Shown here: one piece after another, positions 11,301 through 22,200 of the stretch
How the letters are laid out: the number at the start of each line of letters is the position of its first letter
Numbering within the stretch: position 1 is the stretch's first letter
IMG/VR virus record: IMGVR_UViG_3300031867_000006
Span: 32,001-96,000 of that record
From: a virus
Taxonomy: Duplodnaviria > Caudoviricetes
Length of the DNA stretch: 64,000 nt
Reading direction: 5' to 3' (one strand)
The notes under the pieces: generated by a model
Seen by the model: the letters and a program-made list of their open reading frames with translations, nothing else
Databases searched by the model: none
Told to the model about the DNA's origin: nothing
Program-made: the position numbers and the translations under genes

Positions 11301-11752
11301 TGACTATCGGTCAGCAAGTTAAGATTCTTAGCGCATCTGGAATCTGGGGATATATTGAATCTCCAACTGCTGGTTATGTAAGGCTCTCTGAATTAGAGAG
11401 GGTTAAGAACTACATTAATAATGTGGCTGTTAAATTTAAGTTTGCTCTTGAAGCTGAGACCTCCGCTGATAAGAATATTGGTGGAAATATTATCTATGAT
11501 ATTAAGAACTATGTGGAGACTATCAATGAAATTAATGAAATCCATGTTCCTAATATTATTACTCTCATTACGAATAACTTCAGGGAGCAGATTAAGTACT
11601 TTGAGTTCCTCGATGTAAATGGATATGGAGCTGCTTGTCAGCATCTATACCTCGATGATACAGAAGATGTAGATACTTGCCCTGAATTTATCAATATCGA
11701 ATCTTCTGATGATTCCACACATGCTCCAGTTATGGAGATTACGGTGTATTAA
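8324..11752 (+). CDS. Baseplate wedge protein (T4 gp6-like) with an inserted SH3b-like domain
   Basis: 1142 aa. GGKDKKSVADLKKIIPRETSSRGSVINTTDL resembles the gp6/baseplate-J GGxDxE...RAVTxxDY motif. SH3b-like segment at about 11230-11400. Confidence 0.65.
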   Translation: MASTNTNTNSNVLTTDIYEIADFIDTIRSNTISEVDATAAMVGIFGYMSEVHSQSLQDVLIKISETSNEAIATRAKFSKNILAHAMNAAITDINSHPAMMTMMIYLPIDYMMQNLASYDSITGKSTFILSHEVPFNIDDHEFHLDYDVIINRTRNSSGTYVYTAMYDLFEPGTTQIKQRNSISNISNPYITTIIQTTVDSEDYVAFSARLHQVKLDVIEKDILTDTDIENKAITFEFDNQLATFDVDVVESDGTVRHLTPIYAGLLDYTVEDGQWCYYEYITENCIRILFSRDSYIPGLNATVKVNVQISEGSGGNFTYTTNFRTALKSDTYDNYNGMYALIYPLMNGISNGGKDKKSVADLKKIIPRETSSRGSVINTTDLNNFFNSINDNNTHLYFYKKKDNPFERLYYTYLIMKKRDVVFPTNTLDLKIQQSDFKKDSENNNLIITPGTVFYYYDHGSDYLNDYCTVVPPEYEEGLDPEQYPYPMVKNADGQLVRVFEYVSPFLMTIDDDLIISYLFTVMNENKTFKFESINTASDTQFIATNMDWTRKYVYKDENGNEQFYEYKYNMKMDLLMNTNQTDYKLCTVDTDANGNKFISDCRVKVIMVLYADSTDRHPYRYLEGYITEYDDLEGIFTFSFDLDTDDMMDSNNRINILNIYNAKPEAYQKVDSMESSHGYLSKNTFAKIYILADFGLRAGDEVDGVEIDEDEETIVLFGDDGIGNRTEIENIVPTKQDLIDEFLRNEIYYDEDGNQINVISIMRSKPEYMEEVFLYNGNEIATTSAILRYLRNNQNSDFVQNVLLQDEYSKLVIESYNFIDLARYTLCNVLSVDGGIDFYHDYSKIMTGVVNIAKVNRVDIQGNPVYKAIPRSDSYGNPYNEYKPLYVTNDDGTPFYNYTISRIPMIKNGFLVSEADVQEFIFDIEERRKYIEECMLVLEDTFGLDFKFVNTYGPSKRFYYILPNEKSYYATAILKRVYIYNNTDAEEKIDALTIGQQVKILSASGIWGYIESPTAGYVRLSELERVKNYINNVAVKFKFALEAETSADKNIGGNIIYDIKNYVETINEINEIHVPNIITLITNNFREQIKYFEFLDVNGYGAACQHLYLDDTEDVDTCPEFINIESSDDSTHAPVMEITVY

Positions 11753-11754
11753 AC

Positions 11755-11766
11755 AACATTTTAGTA
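11755..11766 (+). promoter_or_regulatory. Late-type promoter AACA-N6-TA
   Basis: AACATTTTAGTA. Confidence 0.6.
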
Positions 11767-11789
11767 AATTATTAAGGAGGTAAATCACT

Positions 11790-12788
11790 ATGTATGATTC
11801 TAGAGATATAGAGTTTGCTGACATGAGCTATCCATCAGAAAGCAGAGCTGCTCTTTACGCAGACATTCACGCACAGCATGAAGCCCTTGTACAGGAAGAA
11901 GAGAACAGAAGAAATATGGAAGAGCTCGCAGCCCAGAGAGAATATGATGAGGCAGTGTCTTCTTATAATGAGTATGCTGGCATCGGCAATACTCTTGAAG
12001 CAGATCGTGTAGCTTACTTAGAGAGCGTTAAGAATGCGCTTCTCTGTGAGTCTCTGCTTAGAGTATATAAAGAGAGCTATGCTACTCCGCTTAGCAACTC
12101 TAATGCTCATAAAGCTAAATGTTTTATAATGAACTTCATTAAAGAGCAGGGCGCTAATGATATTCTTCGCACATGCAGAACAAAGAGTCGCCTTCTGTCA
12201 GAACTCTCCCAGGTTGTAGATAAAGCCTACGATAAGGTTATCGAGAATGCTGATGCTGCGGAGTGTGATGAGAATATAGATCTTGCAGAAGTTCTTAGAA
12301 ACAATAGACTTACTCAGGATATCACGGATGACTTCTACTCAGAGCTTAATGATATCGATATTAATGATGCTGCTTCTATGATCAAAGAGCGCGTATCTGA
12401 TACAATCGCTGATTTCATCGATACTAATACAGCTGCAAAGCTTGATTATCAGGAGATCCTCGATAATGCTAAGGATCAGATTGATTCTACAAGTAATGAA
12501 GAATATAAGGAAGACATCCAGGCTAGAGCAGAAGCTCAGATTATGCAGATGGAAAACTATAAGGATAAGTCAGTATTCCAGTGCATGATTGAGGCTATGA
12601 CTAAGCAGATCTTCAAAAATGATGATCTTAAGGCTAAGTACATTAAGGAAGGTACCAATGTAGATATGGATGCTATCGTAGAGAATGCACAGATTGCATA
12701 TACTCTTCTGGAGATGGTTAATACTCTTGGTATCATCAATGTAGATGAAGCTTACATTGCCAAGTATCTCGACGCACTTAATAAATAA
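11790..12788 (+). CDS. Hypothetical acidic helical (probable virion) protein
   Basis: 332 aa, AAGGAGG RBS. Confidence 0.75.
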   Translation: MYDSRDIEFADMSYPSESRAALYADIHAQHEALVQEEENRRNMEELAAQREYDEAVSSYNEYAGIGNTLEADRVAYLESVKNALLCESLLRVYKESYATPLSNSNAHKAKCFIMNFIKEQGANDILRTCRTKSRLLSELSQVVDKAYDKVIENADAAECDENIDLAEVLRNNRLTQDITDDFYSELNDIDINDAASMIKERVSDTIADFIDTNTAAKLDYQEILDNAKDQIDSTSNEEYKEDIQARAEAQIMQMENYKDKSVFQCMIEAMTKQIFKNDDLKAKYIKEGTNVDMDAIVENAQIAYTLLEMVNTLGIINVDEAYIAKYLDALNK

Positions 12789-12854
12789 GTGTATGCAAAT
12801 AGGCCGTCGAGTTGAGCGATGAGGCCGGCCCGGTGGTTTATTTCATATAAATTC

Positions 12855-12879
12855 ACCCCTAGGCAAATTGCCTAGGGGT
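12855..12879. terminator. CCCTAGG-family hairpin between convergent genes
   Basis: ACCCCTAGGCAA-a-TTGCCTAGGGGT. Confidence 0.7.
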
Positions 12880-12888
12880 ATTATCTTA

Positions 12889-13140
12889 TCAAATTTTAAT
12901 AAGTGTATTAGAAGCATTCAGCGTAAATATATTTAATACGCTGCGATCACATTTATCATTATACCATGCTTTGAATGCTGTTAATATAGCATCCACAGGG
13001 TCAGATGAATGTGTTACTCTAATAGTACGATCGCCATTATTAATAACACTATCACATTCGATAAGATCACAAAGATCATTAATATTATCCTTCTTATTGA
13101 TTTCTATACGTGCATTATACAGATCTTTTAAGTTATTCAT
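12889..13140 (-). CDS. Hypothetical protein
   Basis: 83 aa, RBS, tightly packed. Confidence 0.7.
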   Translation of the reverse strand: MNNLKDLYNARIEINKKDNINDLCDLIECDSVINNGDRTIRVTHSSDPVDAILTAFKAWYNDKCDRSVLNIFTLNASNTLIKI

Positions 13141-13145
13141 TATTT

Positions 13146-13859
13146 TTAACCTCCGAAATAGTCTACATTCATTCCGTCGGTAAAATCTTTCCTCTTTGTT
13201 ATTGATTTGTACTGGTTATAGCAACATAATTGATTAGCATATTTTAAATCAATTTCCATTCTTGGTAATACTGAATAATATTTGCGTAATGTAGCGTCTA
13301 CTACAACAATATCGTCTATCCATACATTCTGCGTGAACGCATCTGAATAGCTCTTCTCGATATTATCAAAGTCAGGTTTAATCATAGGCCTAATTAAGCC
13401 TATTTCAGCAAGGAACGTGTCGACTCTATTATAAGCCGCCGGTGTGGGAAAATATGCTTTGTATTCTATATCACATGGAGTACAAAGCAATTGCTCAAGA
13501 TGGCTTAAGTGCTCTTTGGTTATCATACTCATATATTCTCTATTCTGTCTACCAGTAATTGAATATACTTGTATAAATCCATTGAGTCCAGTCACAGCAT
13601 TTACAATACCTTTCTTATTGATTAGCCTAGCACGAGGTCTAGGTGTATATTCAGGTATTTCATAAAGAACTAATCTTATGGTTTCATAATATGTAGAATC
13701 AATGAAGTTTTGTCTAGAAGCAATTATCTGCTCTTGCATAAAGTCAGTTATTTTAAGAGTATCGCAAAGGTATTCTAACCTCTGTCTATAATCTCTAGGT
13801 ACATGACCATACTTCATTTCGTATTCAATCATTTTGGTCTTTTTACTTTTCTCCGCCAT
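13146..13859 (-). CDS. rusA: RusA-family Holliday junction resolvase
   Basis: PRPR motif and KPDFDNIEKSYSDAFTQNVWIDDIVVVD, the RusA catalytic signature (KPDxDNxxKxxxD...DD). Confidence 0.85.
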   Translation of the reverse strand: MAEKSKKTKMIEYEMKYGHVPRDYRQRLEYLCDTLKITDFMQEQIIASRQNFIDSTYYETIRLVLYEIPEYTPRPRARLINKKGIVNAVTGLNGFIQVYSITGRQNREYMSMITKEHLSHLEQLLCTPCDIEYKAYFPTPAAYNRVDTFLAEIGLIRPMIKPDFDNIEKSYSDAFTQNVWIDDIVVVDATLRKYYSVLPRMEIDLKYANQLCCYNQYKSITKRKDFTDGMNVDYFGG

Positions 13860-14151
13860 TGTTATCCTCTTCTTCAGGTGCCGCTAAGCACCTAAATACA
13901 TTAACGTTGCCTATAATGAGTTCTACAAATCTAAATATAAAGAAATCACTCTCATGTAAAACAACAGGTTTATAACCTTCCTTATAATAGATAGTATCAT
14001 TATCTGCTGTAACGTATACATTATCATAGTCTATTGGCTTAAATTTTTCTAAAATTTTAGCACTTCCTATTATTGTGAAGGATTCATAAGCCTTTTCAAA
14101 TATTTTTACTTTCTGGCTTACAAATCCATATAGTTGTGAGAATTCAATCAT
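13843..14151 (-). CDS. Hypothetical protein
   Basis: 102 aa, GGAGG RBS. Confidence 0.7.
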   Translation of the reverse strand: MIEFSQLYGFVSQKVKIFEKAYESFTIIGSAKILEKFKPIDYDNVYVTADNDTIYYKEGYKPVVLHESDFFIFRFVELIIGNVNVFRCLAAPEEEDNNGGEK

Positions 14152-14160
14152 ATAACCTCC

Positions 14161-14451
14161 TTAGATAAGCGGCAAAATATATACTCTATGAGGGTCACCA
14201 TAGAAATTAGTCTTAACCGTAACAAAATATATAGCGTTAGGACACTCTTCTGTAGGTTCTATGCGCTCTGTTGTAAAGCCATCTCTAGCTTTAAACGTTA
14301 TACGTATATTTGTTCGTATAGGTCTTATTCTTTCTATTGCCGTTTTGGGACCCAGTATTATTATCATTGCTGTTTCTGGTAGATCTATATGCTCATAAGT
14401 TTTAATCTTATCTATGGCATAATCGTATAGTTCTTTATGAGTCATAAACAA
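14161..14451 (-). CDS. Hypothetical protein
   Basis: 96 aa, AGGAGG RBS. Confidence 0.65.
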   Translation of the reverse strand: MFMTHKELYDYAIDKIKTYEHIDLPETAMIIILGPKTAIERIRPIRTNIRITFKARDGFTTERIEPTEECPNAIYFVTVKTNFYGDPHRVYILPLI

Positions 14452-14483
14452 TCCTCCTGTTTAAGTATATGTATATAGCATAA

Positions 14484-16184
14484 TCAAAATACACCAAACA
14501 CCTTGGCTACCTTATTGTTTAATGACTGTACTATAGATCCAAATATACCACTAGTAACCGCATCCTGTAAGTTACCTTTCTGCAATGTAAAGTATAATTT
14601 AGCCATTCTCTGAATATCCTGGTCATTTATATTGACGCCGCATGAATTGGCTATATAATCTAATTCAGTTATATTGCTGAATAATGCTAAACCGAACTTT
14701 CCTTTAGTAGATACTCCTTTGGTCATAGCCATGCCTTCATACATATCTTTTATACCAAAAGATACTTCAGCGACTGTAGGAATACCATCGACTGTCCATT
14801 CACCCTCAGCGCCCTTATTAACAGATAAGTCAGTAATAATACCCATATCTACATTAAATAAGCCTTTATAATAGCATCTAACGAGGAATGGTGAGTAATA
14901 AGCCTGACTAATAGATTCTCTTGGTAATGTAAGTGCTATCAGATGATATATAGGCACTAATATATACAAGAATACAGACAGTTTATCCCCCGCCGGAGCC
15001 ACAAGCTTCATAGACGCAGAGTAAGACCTACCGAAATTAGAATCAGTCCATATTTCAGGGAATATCAATTTACCACCGGCTAATAAAGTCTGCGCTTTAT
15101 TAATTATTCCAGTAAGCATATTATTACCACCAAGACCAACTCTCTTAACAGCATCCTGTACGTTTTGCATATTCTTCTCTAAATCGCCCTGGCCAGTAAA
15201 CTTATCAAGGGTTGCGCCAACTGTGGAACCTATAGTACCAGCTAAGAAGTTCATTTCTCTAGCCTGGTCGGATAATCCATTGATTGTTGATGATAATGAT
15301 GATTGTCCAGTGCTATTAGAAAAGCTATCGCTGACTGTAGAGCCACAATCTGCATAGAAAGCAATACAACCAGTGTAAGGTCCAAGAAATCTACTCATCT
15401 GACCATGTGAGAATATATTCAGTGAGCTCTTACCATCTGATGTATTGTAGAGCCAGTTCTTTGAACCAAGCTCTTTCCCATCTACAGTAACCTTATCGAT
15501 ACCTAATATGATAGCAGCAGCTCTAACCATAGTATTTACATAAGCGAAATAGCTTACATAATCATATTTAAGAGAATAATATTTTCCACTACCATTCTTC
15601 ATAAGTTTATCAAATGTAGCCTCAGCCATACCATTAAATATATTAGCTAATGCTATCTTCTTATCCTTCTTAGAGAAAGATGACATGAATGATGGTACAC
15701 CGGGTGTAATAAGTAATAGAGGAATATTCTTAATAATTCTTTCCGAATATACTCTACCAAATGCAGTATTATCACTAGATCCATCTATTCTAAAATCAGT
15801 GTTAGGTAAAAATTGCATAGGTAGACCTAATACACCTCGCATATCCCTAATACGTAATCCTTCTTGTAATTTATCATAATAGTTACCATCTGAGAATCTA
15901 GAATATTCAATAAGAAATGCAGAATCCAAATCTATATCATAATTATCTTCATCATTAGATGCTAAATATTCTTTATTTGATTCCTGGAATTGTTCATACT
16001 TAGTCTTGGTACTTTCCAGCTTCTTCTCCAGTTTTTTCTTCTCATCTTCATCTGTAGTCGCGGCGATCTCAGATTCAAGATTAGATATTTTACTTTGATA
16101 AGAATCAGATTTATCTTGAGCTTGCTGTTTCTTTTTGGCGTAATTACCAATCTCTTCAGCGGTCATTTTAGCCATAGGAATCAC
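14484..16184 (-). CDS. Probable tail/baseplate structural protein
   Basis: 566 aa; late promoter 16194-16205; C-terminal beta-rich FPEIW...GIITDLSVNKG...WTVDGIPTVAEVSFGIKD segment resembles tail-tube-like folds. Confidence 0.5.
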   Translation of the reverse strand: MIPMAKMTAEEIGNYAKKKQQAQDKSDSYQSKISNLESEIAATTDEDEKKKLEKKLESTKTKYEQFQESNKEYLASNDEDNYDIDLDSAFLIEYSRFSDGNYYDKLQEGLRIRDMRGVLGLPMQFLPNTDFRIDGSSDNTAFGRVYSERIIKNIPLLLITPGVPSFMSSFSKKDKKIALANIFNGMAEATFDKLMKNGSGKYYSLKYDYVSYFAYVNTMVRAAAIILGIDKVTVDGKELGSKNWLYNTSDGKSSLNIFSHGQMSRFLGPYTGCIAFYADCGSTVSDSFSNSTGQSSLSSTINGLSDQAREMNFLAGTIGSTVGATLDKFTGQGDLEKNMQNVQDAVKRVGLGGNNMLTGIINKAQTLLAGGKLIFPEIWTDSNFGRSYSASMKLVAPAGDKLSVFLYILVPIYHLIALTLPRESISQAYYSPFLVRCYYKGLFNVDMGIITDLSVNKGAEGEWTVDGIPTVAEVSFGIKDMYEGMAMTKGVSTKGKFGLALFSNITELDYIANSCGVNINDQDIQRMAKLYFTLQKGNLQDAVTSGIFGSIVQSLNNKVAKVFGVF

Positions 16185-16222
16185 CTCCTTTATTACATTA
16201 TTGTTTAAGCGGCATAAAATTA

Positions 16223-16246
16223 AGGGTAGCCACTTAGGGCTACCCT
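16223..16246. terminator. Terminator hairpin after the giant gene
   Basis: AGGGTAGCC-acttag-GGCTACCCT. Confidence 0.7.
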
Positions 16247-16261
16247 ATATAATCATAAGTT

Positions 16262-19200
16262 CTATTCTGCAGCTATAGCTTTCATAGCATTAACCACACT
16301 AGCGAGAGACTGATCATTTAATTGATCTGTATATTTATCATATGTAGAAGTACCCTTTCCGGTAATCTGACGTTTAGTAGATTGTCCAGATTGAGCATTT
16401 GCAACGTCTTCTGCTGTAATCTCCACGTTAAGCTTCTTGTTAAGGATCTTAACGATAGTATTAAGCTTATCAGTATTATCTGCTATGGTCATCAGGAAGT
16501 TTATGATCTGTGTAAGATCTATATCGCTACCTTTGCCATATCTAGGTTTATCTGTACCCTTAGGATCTTCATAATAGAGTGAAGACTCTTTACTGCTAGC
16601 TGTCTTCTTTGCAGGAATATAATTAAGGGTTTGTCCACCTCTACCATATTTATATGAATCTTGTAACTGACCATACTTAGACAGAGGTTTAATACCATTA
16701 TCTCCCTTGCCAAACGGGCTAGTAAGAGGTTCGCTATTACGTCTCCAGATTGTTGTATAGCTAGGATGGCTAGAACCAGATACTCCAGGTGTTCTAAGAG
16801 CATTGGTAGAACCACCATTCCAAACCATATGTCTTCCGCCTTCATTATGAGAGAAGATTTCGGCATGACCATTTCTAGAGATAATATCACCCTTCTGGAG
16901 TCCTTCCCATCCGGGCCATCCCATCTTAGTAAATCCCTTAAGAGAAATTCCTGAGCCACTGGTCCAAGCACCTGAAGCGGGAGGCCAAATACCTGTTTCC
17001 ATAGCACCGGCCGCCATTGCTGCTGCACTTGTAAGACCAGTACAGTCATTTCTATACTTAAGTTTCTCACCATTGATAGTGATGGTTGACATCATGGGTG
17101 CTTGATAAGTAGGATTATTAGCAGCGATAGCTTTCTTAACTGTCTCGATAGTGCTAATCCAACTAGACATATCTCCACTTGCAGCTCCGCCACTTTGATA
17201 AGGTGATCCAGCATCTCCACCGCTATCACCAGTAGTGGTTGTTGTAGTGCTAGATGATGAAGACATTAATCCCATAGCCTTACCAATTTTAGACTCACTC
17301 ATAGTCTTAGTCAATGCATTGGTAAAAGCTGATAAAGGATCATCTGGCTGCTGTGTTGTCGTATCTATAGATGCTGCAGCTCCATTAACAACACCAGTAT
17401 CAGCACCGGTTGAAGCTGCAGAACCAGCATCTCCTGCAGGTGCATTTGCACTACCATAGCATACAGCCTTAGTAATTGTAGTATTACCCCATTCAGGATG
17501 ACAACTAGCCGTACCAGGATTAGCATGCATAGAAGCAGCAGCACCACCTTTTGATGAGCTATACCAAGTACGTTTATCTACAACGAATTCTACAATGCAT
17601 TTACCATCCAGATGGCCCCAAGTGTTGCAACCTTTGTCTGTAGGATTCTTAATATCTGCAATTATACATTTAAGAACCTTACCGTTTGCTTTATAGAAGT
17701 CTACCGCATCACCAACCTGACCGAATGTTGTGGTACATGCTATTGTATATCTACCATCAATGATACCAAATCCTTCAGAGTTAAAGTTCTGACCCTTAGC
17801 AGCTCTAAGCTTGTACTGTGCTGAAGATGGCGATGTTATGCATTGCCAGCCCATATAGCTATGCACGCCACCTAAACCTGCAGGAATATTGATAGTGGTA
17901 GGACCAGTGCCATACTTACCAATTCCATATATAGGTATAATTCCAGAACCTCTACCATAAGCAGATACACCAAGCGATGTCTTATTAAGTAGTGATCTAG
18001 TATCATATAATTGGTTATCATAAGGACTCTCGGGATCTTGTACAATAGATTTATTCCCAACAGTACCTGTTACAGTTACATAGTGTGGTGATTTACCAAA
18101 TGGTGTAGATGAGGATGTTCCTCTACCATCTGAACCCATGAGTACGGTTGGCATACCGCTGTTAATATTTTTCTCAAGAGTATTCCTATTATAGCTTATT
18201 TCTGAACCTAAACCATTCTTGCTAAAGTAATCTGTAAAGAATCCAGGTTTTGTACCACCATCAGTTTCTTTATATCCTCTAGATACAGCATAATTAGATG
18301 CAGCAACTATAGGATTCTTACCTCTACCAAATGATTCAAGAACATTGACTGCAGCTGCTGGACCACAAGCAGAGTCACCAATAGTCTGTCTAGATCTATC
18401 AGCTGAACTATTGTAAGGCAAATTAGCTATGGAAGAATCGATCTGTTTGGAGTATCCTCTACCATAAGTACCTGTACCAGTAACGAACTTCTTAGCGGCC
18501 TGCCATTTATCGTTCAGCCAATTGCCAGCACTTGTCTTAGCACTATCATAAGCTTTAGAAGCCTTATCAGCTTTATCTCCAACCCAATCACTAACACCAT
18601 CAGCAAGGTCTTTAGCACCATCTACAAAATCACCAATTTTGTCTTTAACGTCATCGATGAAATTAAGCATGGGTTCAATTATCATATTGAATATACCCTT
18701 GATAGAACCACCAATCTTGCTTAAGCCAAGACTCATACTCCATACACCCTTAATAGGATCTCCGTCAGTTAAGTCTGCTTTAACATCCCATATTGATTTG
18801 ATATCATTCATGGATTTAACGTTATCAGCAGCTTTATTAATAGATTCTTGAGCATTATTTACTGCATTTGCATTAGTTCTAGATTTATCCATAGCACTTG
18901 TGAAAGCACTACTAATCTTACCACCAATCCAATGTAAACCAGCTCCAGGAACCTGTGTAAGTTTATATATTGTAAATAATCCCTTGTTTAAACCTGCCAT
19001 TGGATCACCTTCGGTAGGCGTAAACTCGGCACTCCATAATCCCTTAATATCTCCAGCCGCAGCTTTCTCTTTCACTGCTGGTATATTACTACCAAGCGAT
19101 TCGAATCCAGCCTTTGCTTTAGATACTATAGATTTAACAGCATCTGATACTTTATGACCAGCCCAAGATATGGCAGCTATAGGTACGCTGTATATCTTAG

Positions 19201-22200
19201 TAAAATGGTATAATGCAGTATTGATTCCAGAAAGAGGATCATTCTCTCCAGCCTCATAATTAGATGTAAGTATTCCAATAGGATCGCCAGACATCATCTT
19301 ATCTTTTACATTACCTGCATTGGTAAGTAAACTATTAAATGAACCCTTAACCCCATCTACTACTTTGCCAGCAAATTTCTTAATCTCATTAGCTATACGC
19401 TTAACAAGCATTATAGGGAATGACATAATTCTAGCGCCAAATGCAGCTGTATGAGCCATACCAGAAAGAGGTCCTTCCGGAGCAGCATCAATCTTAAGGA
19501 AATCAGTAAGACTACTATTAGGATCTTTTATGAGGGCTTCACCCTTCTGTTCCTGCTCAGCAATATACTTGCCGTAATCAACTGCCTTATTAACAGCTTT
19601 CGTAACGCCTTCCTTCACTGCAGTTCCAGCGTTCTTAGCTAAATTAATAGCATTAGAGCCAAGCTCTTTAGCTTTGTCAACCGCAAAAGCACCAGCTTTC
19701 TTGATGTTGGAACCTAACGCCTTAGCGCCTGCTTTAATTGCTTTGCCAGCCTTCTTAACTCCAGATTTAATTGCTCCGCCAATTCTGCCAGTTACAGAAT
19801 GCTTTTTCTTAAGATACTCTTCCTTAGTATCTGTAGATCCAGTCTTCTCAAGATAAGCCTGATATTCAGCATCTGCTTCTTTTTGACGCTCTTCGAGATC
19901 ATCACCCATGAGCTTAAACAGATTAGAGCAAATCCACGGTACACCCGGGATCACTGCAGGAATAATCAAAAGGTTAGCTAATGCATTAACTAAACCACAG
20001 CCTAACTCTTCGAGCAAGTTAGTATCAGAAACACCAAGTATAGACTCAGCCTGATCACAACCTGTAACAAAGTCTGCTATAAGGAATGCTACAGTTACAA
20101 TAAGATTAAGCTTAGAAGCAGCATTTTTAAGCAAAGCCTCGCCAGCTTCTGCACTACCTCTACCAATTGCTTTTAAGAAAGTCTCAGAAACCTGTTTCTT
20201 TAACTTAGCAGCATATTTCATAGCGTTCTCGCCAACAGCTTTAGCAGCTTTTGCTAATCTATTCTGTACAATAGGACTATTAAAGAGATTGTCTAATCCC
20301 TTAACAAGAGCATCCTTCATTTTAGCAACTACAGATGCAACCTTATCAGATTTAGATAATCCACCACCAGCACCTTCCATCAATGCTCTAGTAGCATCAT
20401 CAGCACTATTAATGAATTCACCCTTCTTTACGAAGTCTCCAACGCTTTTCTTAACAGCATCTTTAGCACCTTTGATTCTATTAACAACAGTCGCTCCCTT
20501 GGAACCATTCTCAAAGAATGTTTCGCCAGCAGCTTTCCTTCCAATACCTTTACCGATATCACCAGCTGCTTCAAGAGGTGTTGTAATAGCTTTACCAATA
20601 ACACCACCGGCTTTACCAAGTACAGATTTAGACTTAAGAAGCTTACCACTAAATTTAGAAACTTGTGTTACGAGTGGACTTCCGCCAACTGCAGCAGCAT
20701 GAGCCATTCCATTTGCTGTAACTTTAGCATAGCTTGATCCCTTAAAGCTAGGGTCTTTAAATGCAAGATTTCCATCTTTATCAATATAACCTTCAGTACC
20801 ATCAACATTATAGATCTTACTATACTGACCATTGGCTATCTGTCCATATGTAAGCTGATTACCATTCTCGTCATACATTCCAGATAATGTATCAGCTCCA
20901 TATTTCTCAACAAGTTCTTGTAATCTATTAGTAGAATACTTATTCTTAAAACCTACATTGGTCTTATTACCAGTAACATTATCCATTACTGTTAAAGCAG
21001 CTCCAGCAGCACCGCCAGGTCCATTACTGGGACCACCATCTTTATCACCATCACCACTGCCAAAGATAGCATCATGAATAATATCTCCAAGAGACTTATC
21101 GCCAAATAATGCTTCTTTTATAGAAGAACCGATATTAACAAGAGCAGTGCCAATTGCTGGTATTGCAGTTCCTGTTATCCAAGGCACAACCTTTTCAGTA
21201 ATCCAGGGATGTAATACCTTTTCCCATATAGGTTTAATAAATCCATCATAGATCTTCTTAAGAATTCCAGACTTCCAAAGCAAGTAACCACCGAATAACA
21301 TAGCAAGCGGATTAAGCTTTGTGCCTTTACCTTCTTCATCCATATTATCAAACATGGAGTTGAATCTATCAGACATCTTCTGCTGAGCAGTATGCAACTT
21401 CTCTGCAGCCGCATCTTTAAGCTTCTTGGCTGTTACAATAGCTTTAGTCTTAGGATCAGTAGTATCAGGATCAATAGATCCATCATTACTTTTCTTAAAT
21501 ATCATAGCTTCGCCATCGGCATTAATAATAGGCATCTTTCCATCGCCTTTATCATCAAGATCTCCGCCTAATACAGAAGAACCACCACCGGCCGAACCAG
21601 CTTCTTCTTTCTGTCCAAACGGAAGCATATCTTTTAATGCTTTAGCTTTCTTAGCACCGCCAAGCAAGGACTTGCCGGCACCTAAGATACCTTTACCGAT
21701 AGCGCCAATACCTTTAGCAGCAGCACCTAAGAGGAATGTACCAATACCATTAGATTCAATTTCCTCAGTATCAGCATTCTGAGTTAATCCCGTTTTAAGA
21801 TTTTGTCTTTCCACAGGAGATATTTTATCAACTCCCTGAATAGAATCATATGTAGTCCATAATTTAGCTTTAACTATCTCTTTGCATTTAGCATTAAGAT
21901 CATTTAAGTTAAACATATTAAGGGTTAATAAATAAGCAAGCTCATCCTTATTTACAAGTTTACCTCTACCCTTTGCACTTCTTGCTGCAAAGTAATGACT
22001 AATATATTTATAATCAGAGAATATACTATAAATAGTCTTAATCTCCTTTTCAGTAAGTTCATTATGAATATAATTATGAGCATCGCTATCAAATCTCATT
22101 TTGAATTTAGCAAATTGATTAATCTCTGCTAAATTATCAGAAAGATTTGCTCTGGTTTCGCCATTTCTAATAGCTTTATTAATATCTCTCCCAAGCTTAC

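Noticed and set aside
12800-12838. GC-rich patch in a 3' UTR as a tRNA or structured RNA
   Set aside because: Too short, with no cloverleaf or recognisable motif. No tRNA was seen anywhere in the window.
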